A stretch of DNA of 20,069 nucleotides from a bacterium (GTDB taxonomy: Bacteria > SZUA-182 > DTGQ01 > JAFGSM01), in assembly GCA_049472335.1 (NCBI GenBank), contig JBLIRO010000080.1, positions 1-20,069 of the forward strand, read 5' to 3'. Position numbers and translations under genes: made by a program. The notes under the pieces are model-generated. The model was not told where the DNA came from. It saw nothing but the letters and a program-made list of their open reading frames with translations, and made no database searches. Below are positions 7,790 to 16,723 of the stretch, piece after piece. Positions within the stretch are counted from its first letter, which is position 1. Each line of letters starts with the position of its first letter.

Positions 7790-7950
7790 GTAACTTCCCA
7801 AAATCCCAGTGGAATCTTGAGAAAAATTGCAAAATGCAAATTGCAAATTTTAAAATGCAAGATAATGAATTCCTTAAATTTTCATTTTGCATTTTGCATT
7901 TTGCAATTTTCATTAACTGCTCTAAAACCATAAAGTTTTTGAGCGGTTAC
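7790..7950. repeat. 161-bp MITE/REP-like element with terminal inverted repeats and an internal palindrome of 7-bp tandem repeats
   Basis: Ends GTAACTTCCCAAAA (7790-7803) and TTTTGAGCGGTTAC (7937-7950) match 11/14 as an inverted repeat. Inside, AAAATGC/AAATTGC heptamers (~7821-7860) face ATTTTGC x3 (~7876-7911). Confidence 0.7.
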
Positions 7951-8726
7951 AAAGGGCCTTCATTACCAAACATAAACCTTAGGGCATCCTGCATCGCTAT
8001 ATTTTTTCTCACAACATCTCCCGGTATCTTGAGGGCATATTCTTCTGAATGATCAGAGGCCTCATCCTGCCATATAAAAAAATTTACAACCCTGTTTTCT
8101 TCCTGGTCAACAACCTCGGACTGTTCAAGAGAGAGATCGGATATTCTGAACCATAGCTTGATCAATCTGATATATTTGCTTAGATATTTATTATTTGGAC
8201 TTAAACTGAGTATATAATGTCCTTCGTCTTTTATCATTTCAAAAAGATAATCCCTTTTCAACTCGGAATAATCCAGATAAAAGCCCAGGCCAAATTGATT
8301 TATGAACTGGTAGATGTATTTCTGATAAGGGATTTTCAGCTCGAACAATTCCTTCGAGTCCGGGTAATACATCTTAATACAATCACCTTCGATCAATAAT
8401 ACATTTTTGGGCGGTGTATGAACATCCCATATAATTCGTTTGTCTTTCAGGTATCTTAAGGTCCCTTCACTTTTTATTGGTATGGTCATAAGTGATGAAT
8501 ACTTTGTCTGATACACCCTTGCAGAGACATTGGTAAGCTTTTTCTGGTTATCTGTAAGTGTGCTTATGATCTCTTCTATGGCGGAATAATCCAGATGGGT
8601 GTATTTTTCTCCCGGTTCCAGGTAGCGGTGTTCTTCATCACTTCTGACATATCCGGAGGAGAATAAAATCAGTGTCAATAGCATAAGCATCATTATTATA
8701 AAAAGATTAAAGATCCTTTTTTTCAT
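7947..8726 (-). CDS. LolA-like outer-membrane lipoprotein carrier-fold protein
   Basis: Signal peptide, then SARVYQTKYSSLMTIPIKSEGTLRYLKDKRIIWDVHTPPKNVLLIEGD (LolA-like Q.K...L..P..S.G...W...P pattern). ATGA overlap with the upstream gene. Confidence 0.75.
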   Translation of the reverse strand: MKKRIFNLFIIMMLMLLTLILFSSGYVRSDEEHRYLEPGEKYTHLDYSAIEEIISTLTDNQKKLTNVSARVYQTKYSSLMTIPIKSEGTLRYLKDKRIIWDVHTPPKNVLLIEGDCIKMYYPDSKELFELKIPYQKYIYQFINQFGLGFYLDYSELKRDYLFEMIKDEGHYILSLSPNNKYLSKYIRLIKLWFRISDLSLEQSEVVDQEENRVVNFFIWQDEASDHSEEYALKIPGDVVRKNIAMQDALRFMFGNEGPL

Positions 8727-9595
8727 ATCAGATTCTCAAGCCTTTCTTTGTATACCTCCTTAAACGGAGAAAAGGAAAATCTCTGAAAAAGTCCGATCAA
8801 TTTATCTCTGGTGCAATGGATATTAAAATAATGGACTATCTTTTTTATCAAAGGCAAATGTACCCTTGGCGGGTCTTTATCCAGTTCCCATGGGTGTAAA
8901 TATATTATAGCCGGAAATCCCTTACGGTTCCAACACGTAATCACATGCGCAATCAAAGAAAAAGGGAAAAGACGCAAAGGGAAGCCTCCTGTCGCAGGGA
9001 CCGGCTCACCTAAAAACGACATTGTAGAAACAGGAAACTCCCAGATCGTGCCGTTTTTTGTCTTGTACTGAAACGGAAATCTCCCTAAACGTCTGCCTCC
9101 AAGGAAGATAAAGGGACATACGCTAGAGTCGTATTTAATTTCCAGCTCAGCCAGAATATCCAGGGCCCAAAGGGTTTCAGGCCATACAGACCATTCAGGG
9201 GCCCTAAATCCCAGAATCCTTTTACCGGTAATGGATTCCAATATACCCACCGATCTCATGGTATCTTCCCGAAATGCCGCTTTGCTCATTTCATAAATCC
9301 TTTTATGGGCATAACCATGTGAGGCAATTTCATGGCCCTCTTTATCGATCCTTTTGATCAATTGCGGATATTTTTCCGCAATGCAGCCAAGCACGAAAAA
9401 AGTCGCCTTAAACTTATACTCAGATAATAGATAAAGAATAGAATCCATATTCCCGCTTAATCGTGACTCAAAACTTTCCCTTTTTTTTGAAGGAAGACAC
9501 TGCTCTACACCACAAATATGGTACCATTCTTCTACGTCTATGGATAATATATTTATCATTTTTCTCTGATTTTCTTTTTTTCCGGGGATATCCAT
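8723..9595 (-). CDS. Polysaccharide deacetylase (CE4, DUF3473-containing type)
   Basis: Motifs SIDVEEWYH, ATFFVLG, HEIASHGYAH, GFRAPEWS, YDSS, GGFPLRLFP and YLHPWELD. Confidence 0.88.
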   Translation of the reverse strand: MDIPGKKENQRKMINILSIDVEEWYHICGVEQCLPSKKRESFESRLSGNMDSILYLLSEYKFKATFFVLGCIAEKYPQLIKRIDKEGHEIASHGYAHKRIYEMSKAAFREDTMRSVGILESITGKRILGFRAPEWSVWPETLWALDILAELEIKYDSSVCPFIFLGGRRLGRFPFQYKTKNGTIWEFPVSTMSFLGEPVPATGGFPLRLFPFSLIAHVITCWNRKGFPAIIYLHPWELDKDPPRVHLPLIKKIVHYFNIHCTRDKLIGLFQRFSFSPFKEVYKERLENLI

Positions 9596-9620
9596 AAGGA
9601 ATTATTACTATATTATGAAA

Positions 9621-10667
9621 TCATAAAGAGATTCTGTAATATTTATTGACAAAATCTTCCAGAAGGGAGCGTATTGGAAAAAACATCCCTAAGATTCCCA
9701 GAAAAAGAAGCTTTGGCAACTGAAGATACGCGATGATCAATATCTCTTTTTTCTGCCACTGAAATCTTCTCATCATTCTTTGAAATAACCCGGGATAAAG
9801 CCTTTTAAGATGCTGCCAGAAAAAAAGAACCGGCTGAAGACATAAGGAGACAAAAAAGAGAGACAAAAAAAAGAACGAGCTGAACAACGGCAAGGCAAAT
9901 TTATAATGAGTCGACTGTGGACGCTTTCGTATATTTAATCTATAAGCGATTAAATCAATACATCTTCTTACCTCAAAATAAAAGATGTATAAAGTCACAT
10001 ACATGGCTATCTGATAAATATCCCTAAAGGGCCGGAAATGAGAGAAATATCCATTTTTATCCGGATAAATCACCTTGACCGGAATAGATTGAAATCTATG
10101 GCCATTCGCACCAGCCTTAATCAGGAACTCTGTCTCGCAGGTATAGCCCCTAGTCCGCAGATCTATCTGCTGAATGAGAGATAGAGGATATAATCTGTAG
10201 CCGCATTGCGTGTCGTCTATATATTGACCAACCGCATAACTGATGAAAAAATTGGCCACCTTTATGGCTAAAGCCCGGCTAAGAGGGATTAAACCGGCCT
10301 GATGCATTCTAGATCCTATCTGCATCTTGCCCGATATATTAAAGGAAGATATAAATTCGGGGATCTCATTAGGATCATGCTGTCCATCTGCGTCAAGGGT
10401 TATTACAGCCTTATATTTGAATTTGCCGGCATATCTGAAACCTGTTTTCAAGGCATCCCCTTTCCCCTTGCGCCTTGAATGCCTGAGTATAATAATCCCC
10501 TTATCTTTGATTATCTCATAAGTCCGGTCAGTGGAGCCATCTTCAACAATAATAATATCAACGGGATACTTCTTTACCTCATCGATAAGATTTCCGATTG
10601 TTTTATCCGCGTTGTAAGCCGGAATCAAAACACATATTTCATTTACCTTTTTATTGAGATTTCCCAT
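9621..10667 (-). CDS. Glycosyltransferase family 2 (DPM1-like) with a hydrophobic/basic C-terminal extension
   Basis: Motifs VLIPAYN, EDGSTD, GKGDALKTG, TLDADGQHDP and DTQCGYRLY. Confidence 0.9.
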   Translation of the reverse strand: MGNLNKKVNEICVLIPAYNADKTIGNLIDEVKKYPVDIIIVEDGSTDRTYEIIKDKGIIILRHSRRKGKGDALKTGFRYAGKFKYKAVITLDADGQHDPNEIPEFISSFNISGKMQIGSRMHQAGLIPLSRALAIKVANFFISYAVGQYIDDTQCGYRLYPLSLIQQIDLRTRGYTCETEFLIKAGANGHRFQSIPVKVIYPDKNGYFSHFRPFRDIYQIAMYVTLYIFYFEVRRCIDLIAYRLNIRKRPQSTHYKFALPLFSSFFFLSLFFVSLCLQPVLFFWQHLKRLYPGLFQRMMRRFQWQKKEILIIAYLQLPKLLFLGILGMFFPIRSLLEDFVNKYYRISL

Positions 10668-10798
10668 TCCGTTTGATTATATCTAAATATTTTAACTAAC
10701 TGAAATAAATAAGAATAATATATTATCAGAATAAATTTTTCAATAAATTTTAAAATTATTATCAAAGAATCCGAATGCTGCTAAATTTTATTACTATT

Positions 10799-13399
10799 TT
10801 ACGAGTTCGGCGAAAATCTGCAGAATATTCTTAAAGCCGGGGGCAAAACAAATAAAGATGTGTATAGACAGGAGAGAAGGCCAATAATGATTATCCACCC
10901 CAGGCTGATCATGCCCTGGTGATTTCCGAGAACCATCGAGCCAAATCCAGCGATAGTAGTCAGCGTTGTAAGGATTACCGCTGCCGCGGTCTCAGAGATT
11001 GTGCCATAAATATTTTTCTTGTCATGAAAACGGATAAGTATATGAATGCTGTCATCAATACAAATTCCCAGAATCAGAGGCAATGTAATAATGTTTACGA
11101 AATTAAAGCGAAGGCCTAACAGGCCCATAATCGATATGAGAAAAATCATTCCTGCAATCAGAGGGAAGAAGGAGAATATTACCAGAGAAAGCCTCCTGTA
11201 AGCCAGGCCCAGTAAAACTATTAAAGACAGAAAGGCTAGAATGATGATATGTCTTTCCTCATTCATTATGGTCCTGAACAACTTATAGGGGAGAAAACTG
11301 ATCCCCGAAACCTTGACACCCTCCTGCCCCCCGTTAAAATAATCCTTTATTTTTTGTATTTCATCAGGTTCGGTTATCCTCTGCGTTGGATAGAAATATG
11401 CGAAGCTGTAAAGCCTTTCCGTTGAAGGGAAAAAGTAGCGCCTTAAAAGAGGACGAATCCCTGGGAGCGCATTCCAGAAGTCAATCGGAGAGACTATCTG
11501 ATCAGGGTCCTTAATCGACGATTCCAGTTTATTAAACCAGTTGAAAAATTCATGAAACGCCTGTGGATTAAACTGGTTCTCTATAAAGGCTTCATTCAGG
11601 GTATGTATTGTGCCTGAAAAATCAATCTGTTGTAGTGATCTTTTGATTTCCTGCTGTTGGCCTGGGGAAGGCAGGAATTGAAATATATCTTCATATTTAG
11701 TCACCTTACCATTATCCTCCAGATGCTTTATTTTATTATGAACCAAACAAGACTTTTCCATTAAATCCTGAATAGTGCCTGCCTCAATCAATATATTGAT
11801 TGGCTCCAGGTGATTGCCAAAGTGTTTAAGGATTTTTTCCTGAACTAGAAAGCTTTCGCGCTTCTTTGATTGCAAATTCTGTAAGTCATTGTCAAACCAG
11901 GCTTTATTATGCCAAAGGAATATTAATACCACACAACAGACAGAAAATACCGTCAGGTTTACTATAAATAAGGGGGAATAATTTCTTTCCACAAAACGGG
12001 CTATTTTATCCATCAGGCCTGAAAACCATAACCTTTTCGGAGGAGAACAATTAAAGAAAAGGATAAGAGAAGGAAAGAGAAAAATAACACAGATCATGGA
12101 AATAATAAGACCTAAACCAACTATTATCCCTAATTGTGCGATCCCCTTAAAACCGCTCATGGAAAGCATTAAAAAGGCAATTGATGTCGTAAGCGCTCCA
12201 AGCAGGATCCCTTGTCCGACATTTATTATGGCCCTTTTCATGGCTATAAAATTGTCGGATTCCTTTTTGAATTCGATATAATATCTGTTCAGGAGGTGGA
12301 TGGCAAAATCAATACCGAGTCCCAGAAGAATCGCGGCGTATCCGAAAGTTATAATGTTCAGTTTTCCAAAAAAGAGGTAAGCTGCGAGATTTGTGAAAAG
12401 CAGAGAAAAAATAAGGGGTATTGCCAGAAATATTAAAAATTTTATTTCATGGAAAATCAGCCAGAACAAGAATAAAACACAGAAGAAGGAGATCAATATG
12501 GTCATGAGCATATCCTTTCGGATTGCCTTGCCTTCTTCATATGCAATGGCATAGCTGCCGGTATAGCCTATATGTATATTTTCCTGAAATTCCTCCAGGG
12601 GCAGATTGGTTTTTTTGCAGAAATCCTCCTTTGCCTTCTGTTCCGATTCAATTACCGATGACATGAGTTTTTTATCAAAATTTATATCACCCATTGCCTG
12701 AACCGGCTTCGCAATCATAAATAGATACAGGCCGTCTTCCGACTGAAAATAATCCTCATCCGAAAAACTTAACACAGAGGTTACGGAGGATCCTGTTTCT
12801 TTTGATTGATTCATGAAAAGTTCGCTAAAATCAAGCGGATCATTAAGTATTTTTCTTTGAACCCCGATTCCCATAGGTGAAAACATGAGGTCTCTGTTTT
12901 TTTTGATTTGCTCTTTAATATCTCTAGGAGAGAGCTTTTTTACAAACAAATCCAGTTGTGAAGGTGACAGAAAAACATAAAATCTATCGAAAAGGAATCT
13001 CCAGTTCTGAATTAAAATGTCTCTTATACCTGATCTTTTATACTCCACGAAATCAATCATATCAGAAGCCTTCAATTTCTCTGACATCTCTTCAAGAAAG
13101 GATTTGCTTAGGGATTGGAATGAATGGTCCTTTATTTCCAGAAGGATTACTAACTGATCATTAATACCTGCCAGTTCTGAAATTTCAAGAAAATCTTTCA
13201 GTTCCGGGATATCATCGGGAAGTAATGAGTAAATATTATGATCTAAAGAAAGATGCCTTATACCATATAAACTTAATACGGCCAGGATGATAAAGACAAG
13301 AATAATTTGTTTTGGATATTTGACGACAAAACGGCCAATCTTTTCAAAAGCAAAATCAATTGGTCTAAAGTTGATCCGGCCTGATTGCATTAAAACCAT
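10799..13399 (-). CDS. MMPL-family (RND superfamily) lipid exporter
   Basis: 866 aa with two repeats of TM1, a large periplasmic loop and further TM helices. Motifs GLGIDFAIH, GICIDDSIH, GALTTSIAF and LTTLTTIAGFGSM. Confidence 0.9.
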   Translation of the reverse strand: MVLMQSGRINFRPIDFAFEKIGRFVVKYPKQIILVFIILAVLSLYGIRHLSLDHNIYSLLPDDIPELKDFLEISELAGINDQLVILLEIKDHSFQSLSKSFLEEMSEKLKASDMIDFVEYKRSGIRDILIQNWRFLFDRFYVFLSPSQLDLFVKKLSPRDIKEQIKKNRDLMFSPMGIGVQRKILNDPLDFSELFMNQSKETGSSVTSVLSFSDEDYFQSEDGLYLFMIAKPVQAMGDINFDKKLMSSVIESEQKAKEDFCKKTNLPLEEFQENIHIGYTGSYAIAYEEGKAIRKDMLMTILISFFCVLFLFWLIFHEIKFLIFLAIPLIFSLLFTNLAAYLFFGKLNIITFGYAAILLGLGIDFAIHLLNRYYIEFKKESDNFIAMKRAIINVGQGILLGALTTSIAFLMLSMSGFKGIAQLGIIVGLGLIISMICVIFLFPSLILFFNCSPPKRLWFSGLMDKIARFVERNYSPLFIVNLTVFSVCCVVLIFLWHNKAWFDNDLQNLQSKKRESFLVQEKILKHFGNHLEPINILIEAGTIQDLMEKSCLVHNKIKHLEDNGKVTKYEDIFQFLPSPGQQQEIKRSLQQIDFSGTIHTLNEAFIENQFNPQAFHEFFNWFNKLESSIKDPDQIVSPIDFWNALPGIRPLLRRYFFPSTERLYSFAYFYPTQRITEPDEIQKIKDYFNGGQEGVKVSGISFLPYKLFRTIMNEERHIIILAFLSLIVLLGLAYRRLSLVIFSFFPLIAGMIFLISIMGLLGLRFNFVNIITLPLILGICIDDSIHILIRFHDKKNIYGTISETAAAVILTTLTTIAGFGSMVLGNHQGMISLGWIIIIGLLSCLYTSLFVLPPALRIFCRFSPNS

Positions 13400-13648
13400 C
13401 CATTAAAAATAACTCAGTATTAATAATTGTTCCATAACAGACTTAAATAGACAACATATGTTGCCTGATATTTTAAACAATACGCATCCACCCTTTAACC
13501 CCTCACATAAAGCCAAATACGCCGGTTAAAAATATCAGGGCCTTATGGCATTCATTATCCCAAAAATCCTTATTATATTTAAATATAACTGAACACCTTG
13601 ACAGAAAGGGCAAAAGGGATATTGATGGATATTATGCAAAGGTCTTTT

Positions 13649-14977
13649 TCAATTTATCATATTTGCAGTGAGGTTGAATGTGATAACGTCATTATTAAAT
13701 CCTTTTAAGACATCAACGGAATAATCCCTCCCATTAAACCAATAGCACCTGATTTCTTTCTGATCATCAGACGCCACGTATATCTCCTCTATACCGTCTC
13801 CGTTGAAGTCATACAGATATGTTGCATGTTCAAAACCTGATGAATCTTTTTCTATTAAGGTCTTCTTCCATTCATTTTTAAAAATATCCTTTAAAGGAGG
13901 CGTAAGCCTCCATATCCCTGAAACCCTGGTGGATGCTATTAATTCCCTTACTCCATCACCATCTGTATCACCAAATGTAAGAAATCGGCAAAGCTTGCCC
14001 GGCAAATTTGCAATATCCGTATAAGAGATCTTTTCCTTATCAAATCGGTACATTCTTATCCTGGTGGTATCTCCTTCATCAATGCGGCCAAAATGTTCAC
14101 CTTCAAGGGAGGCAAAAAGCACGGGATTTTCTTCACCTTTGATGGGAATACAAAGGATCTCTTTTACATGTCTTGATTCGAATGATTCCACTACCCGCCT
14201 TTCCCGGTTCCCATTCACAAATTTCCACATCTCGATACTTCCCGGCTGGATCGAGCCATCCAGCTTATTGGGTTTACTTGGCGTGGCGAATATCTCGATG
14301 ATTTTGTCCCCATCCACATCCCCTGTTTCTATTTCATGAACAAAGGTATCTTTATTGCGGCAAAGCTCCTCGGCCTTCCACTTGCCATCTTCCTGAGATA
14401 CTACAGCTATAACCCCCTGATCATGGGTTGCCACCACTATATCTTTTATACCGTCACCGGTTATATCCGTTATTTCAAAATCCCTTAACCGATCGAATTT
14501 CCCTCCAAAAGAGGGATGCCAAAGGACCTCGGATTTCCATTTTCCGCCCTTTTTCCGCCATATCTTTAAAAAGGCCCCGGTTGCTCCTATGGTTAAAATA
14601 CCTGGCTCACCTGATGAAGGAACAAACCATGCAGCCTTATGAAACACATTACTATCCGGGTCTTCCACTGCCTCTTCCATCCATCCTGATTTTGTACGGG
14701 TAAGAATAACCAATCTTGCCGGACCCGGAACAGGATGCATCTTTCCATCCTTTCCTTCTTTTTCAATAAATTGTGCCTGTGAAAGATATATGGTGGAACC
14801 TTGCGCGGCTTCAACCTTTTTTGAATCGATGGACTGCGCAACCGCTTCCCCTGCCCCCGAAATTAAAAGTACAAAAAATGAAAAAAGAAAGATATATAAG
14901 AAAATGGCAGAAAAACGAACCGTCCGGTTTAAAAAATGCTTCCCCAAAAATTCCTTTTTAAAAAATAACATATCCAT
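13649..14977 (-). CDS. Secreted FG-GAP/VCBS-repeat beta-propeller protein
   Basis: N-terminal hydrophobic signal ending ...AVA-Q. Four Ca-binding-type repeats: DITGDGIKDIVVA, DVDGDKIIEIFA, DTDGDGVRELIAS, DFNGDGIEEIYVA. Confidence 0.8.
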   Translation of the reverse strand: MDMLFFKKEFLGKHFLNRTVRFSAIFLYIFLFSFFVLLISGAGEAVAQSIDSKKVEAAQGSTIYLSQAQFIEKEGKDGKMHPVPGPARLVILTRTKSGWMEEAVEDPDSNVFHKAAWFVPSSGEPGILTIGATGAFLKIWRKKGGKWKSEVLWHPSFGGKFDRLRDFEITDITGDGIKDIVVATHDQGVIAVVSQEDGKWKAEELCRNKDTFVHEIETGDVDGDKIIEIFATPSKPNKLDGSIQPGSIEMWKFVNGNRERRVVESFESRHVKEILCIPIKGEENPVLFASLEGEHFGRIDEGDTTRIRMYRFDKEKISYTDIANLPGKLCRFLTFGDTDGDGVRELIASTRVSGIWRLTPPLKDIFKNEWKKTLIEKDSSGFEHATYLYDFNGDGIEEIYVASDDQKEIRCYWFNGRDYSVDVLKGFNNDVITFNLTANMIN

Positions 14978-15040
14978 TTACTCTCAATGATTGATTACAA
15001 TTATAAAAAATATCTTTTCATTCTATATCTTCAATTCTAA

Positions 15041-15069
15041 AGTTTAACATTGCCACAGGAGATGTTCAA
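15041..15069 (-). promoter_or_regulatory. Putative sigma70 promoter for the FG-GAP gene
   Basis: Minus strand reads TTGAAC-N17-TAAACT with an extended -10 TG, about 65 bp upstream of the start at 14977. Confidence 0.45.
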
Positions 15070-15102
15070 GGATTTATTATAAAGCTCCATTCATTCATTT
15101 AT

Positions 15103-16344
15103 TCAATAAAGCAAATAAGGTCTCCTCAGATCAGAGAAATTATCCAACTCCTCCTGGCAGCTTTTTACTATTTCTTTGATATCAATCCCCTTCTCAAGGG
15201 CTTCTCTTACTCTTGGAGTCCCTATTATTCTATCAAAATATTCGGTGTGGAATATAAAAAATTGACGATAAATGTTCATTATTGTTCTGATTATATTAAG
15301 CATTGTCTCAAACGGCCTGTATCGACCTCTATCGATGATGTGTATTTGTACCCCTCCGCAAAGTTCTCCTTTATATTTTGAAAAGGCTGGTGTAAACCAG
15401 GCTTCTCTGAAAATAATTCCGGGAATCTCAAGAGCGTTTAATCTTTTTGCCAGCTCATATCCATCGATCCAGGGAGCCCCGAATATCTCGAAAGGTTTCG
15501 TGGTTCCTCTTCCCTCCGATAGGTTTGTGCCCTCTAAATATACCTGGCCGGGGTAAACAGTGGCAGTATCAAGAACGGGCATATTGGGTGACGGCATAAT
15601 CCAGGGAAGGGTTGTCTCGTCATACCACATCCCTCTCTTCCACCCCCGCATCGGAATTACTTTCAGATCCGCCCGTTTCTCCAAAAACCTATCGTTAAAA
15701 AGCAATGCAAGCTCCCCAATAGTCATACCGTGCCTCACCGGTATTGGATAAAGACCCACAAAGGTGCTGTATTCCGGATAATCAATCAGCGGGCCATCTA
15801 AATCATTGCCATTTATGGGATTTGGTCTGTCCAATACCATGAAATCAATACCATTTTCAGCGCATGCCTGCATGCAGAAGGACATCGTCGCTATATATGT
15901 ATATATTCTCGTTCCCACATCCTGAATATCGAAAATCAACACGTCGATGCTTTCTATCATGGATATCTCCGGAATCTTACCCTCTTTTTTTGTATCAAAG
16001 GAGCGCATATATTCATCGATATCTTTCAGCATACCTGATGGGGGTTTTTTCGACTGTCCATAGAGACTGAATACAGGTATTCTATATTTTTCATCCATAT
16101 AGAAAGGAACATACTCCCCTGCCTGGGCGTTTCCCCGTATCCCATGTTCGGGGCCGTACAAAGAGATAAGATTAATACCCGGATTTTTATAGAAAAGGCT
16201 TATGATACTTTCCAGATTGCTGTCTACACCGGTGGGATTTGTTACCAAACCGATTCTTTTTCCTTTGACCGTTTCCAAATGGTCTTCTAAGAATACTTCA
16301 ACGCCGGGTTTTACTTTGTTCAAATTGACCTGTGATTTAGACAT
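15103..16344 (-). CDS. namZ: Exo-beta-N-acetylmuramidase NamZ (DUF1343/YbbC family)
   Basis: Motifs GKRIGLVTNPTG, LYGPEHGIRG, FDIQDVGTRIYTYI, VLDRPNPI, PVRHGMTIGELA, PSPNMP and EGTNLSEGRGTTKPFE. Confidence 0.92.
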   Translation of the reverse strand: MSKSQVNLNKVKPGVEVFLEDHLETVKGKRIGLVTNPTGVDSNLESIISLFYKNPGINLISLYGPEHGIRGNAQAGEYVPFYMDEKYRIPVFSLYGQSKKPPSGMLKDIDEYMRSFDTKKEGKIPEISMIESIDVLIFDIQDVGTRIYTYIATMSFCMQACAENGIDFMVLDRPNPINGNDLDGPLIDYPEYSTFVGLYPIPVRHGMTIGELALLFNDRFLEKRADLKVIPMRGWKRGMWYDETTLPWIMPSPNMPVLDTATVYPGQVYLEGTNLSEGRGTTKPFEIFGAPWIDGYELAKRLNALEIPGIIFREAWFTPAFSKYKGELCGGVQIHIIDRGRYRPFETMLNIIRTIMNIYRQFFIFHTEYFDRIIGTPRVREALEKGIDIKEIVKSCQEELDNFSDLRRPYLLY

Positions 16345-16492
16345 TTCATCCTTTATTTCTTAACTATCTTATTTTTTTATTATATTTCTTTTTTTATTTA
16401 ATTTTAACTTTTATAATTGTTTTTTAAAACAACAATATCATTTATTTATCTAGCAGATAAGGCAACAATCTCAAAGCTGTTATCTATACAAC

Positions 16493-16522
16493 AGTATAAT
16501 CCATAACCAAAGATACGGTCAA
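16493..16522 (-). promoter_or_regulatory. Putative sigma70 promoter for namZ
   Basis: Minus strand reads TTGACC-N18-TATACT, about 150 bp upstream of the namZ start. Confidence 0.5.
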
Positions 16523-16694
16523 TCTGTATTGAATACTTCCTGCGATTCTAATTTTGTCCGAATAATCTTTTTTCATGACCCGCAGTCCGAGACCATAATT
16601 GCCATAACTGGAATTGCTGAAATATATTAAAAACGCTCCTTCCGGCGGGAACCCGATAATACTGTGGGATCAAGATATTTTTATAGTTATGGGC

Positions 16695-16723
16695 TTGACA
16701 ATATCTTTTGTTACTATTATAAT
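16695..16723 (+). promoter_or_regulatory. Consensus sigma70 promoter facing the paralog array
   Basis: Exact TTGACA (16695-16700), 17 nt spacer, TATAAT (16718-16723). Confidence 0.7.

Noticed and set aside
7821..7911. CRISPR array or simple intrinsic terminator
   Set aside because: The repeats are contiguous 7-mers with no spacers. The stem is AT-rich and far longer than a typical terminator.
7834..8052. 72-aa ORF MQIANFKMQ...FSFCILHFAIF
   Set aside because: This is the translation of the heptamer repeats and the antisense strand of the LolA-like gene, a typical artefact of such repeats.
13598..13626. TTGACA on the plus strand in the MMPL/FG-GAP intergenic region
   Set aside because: There is no good -10 box at 16-18 nt, and it would point antisense to the FG-GAP gene.
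16477..16494. LexA SOS box
   Set aside because: CTGT and ACAG are 10 nt apart, not the 8 nt of the E. coli-type box. Kept only as a generic palindrome.
16560..16680. tRNA or riboswitch (c-di-AMP/c-di-GMP) in the GC-richer intergenic patch
   Set aside because: I could not find a cloverleaf or riboswitch consensus by eye on either strand. An Rfam search would be needed to exclude it fully.
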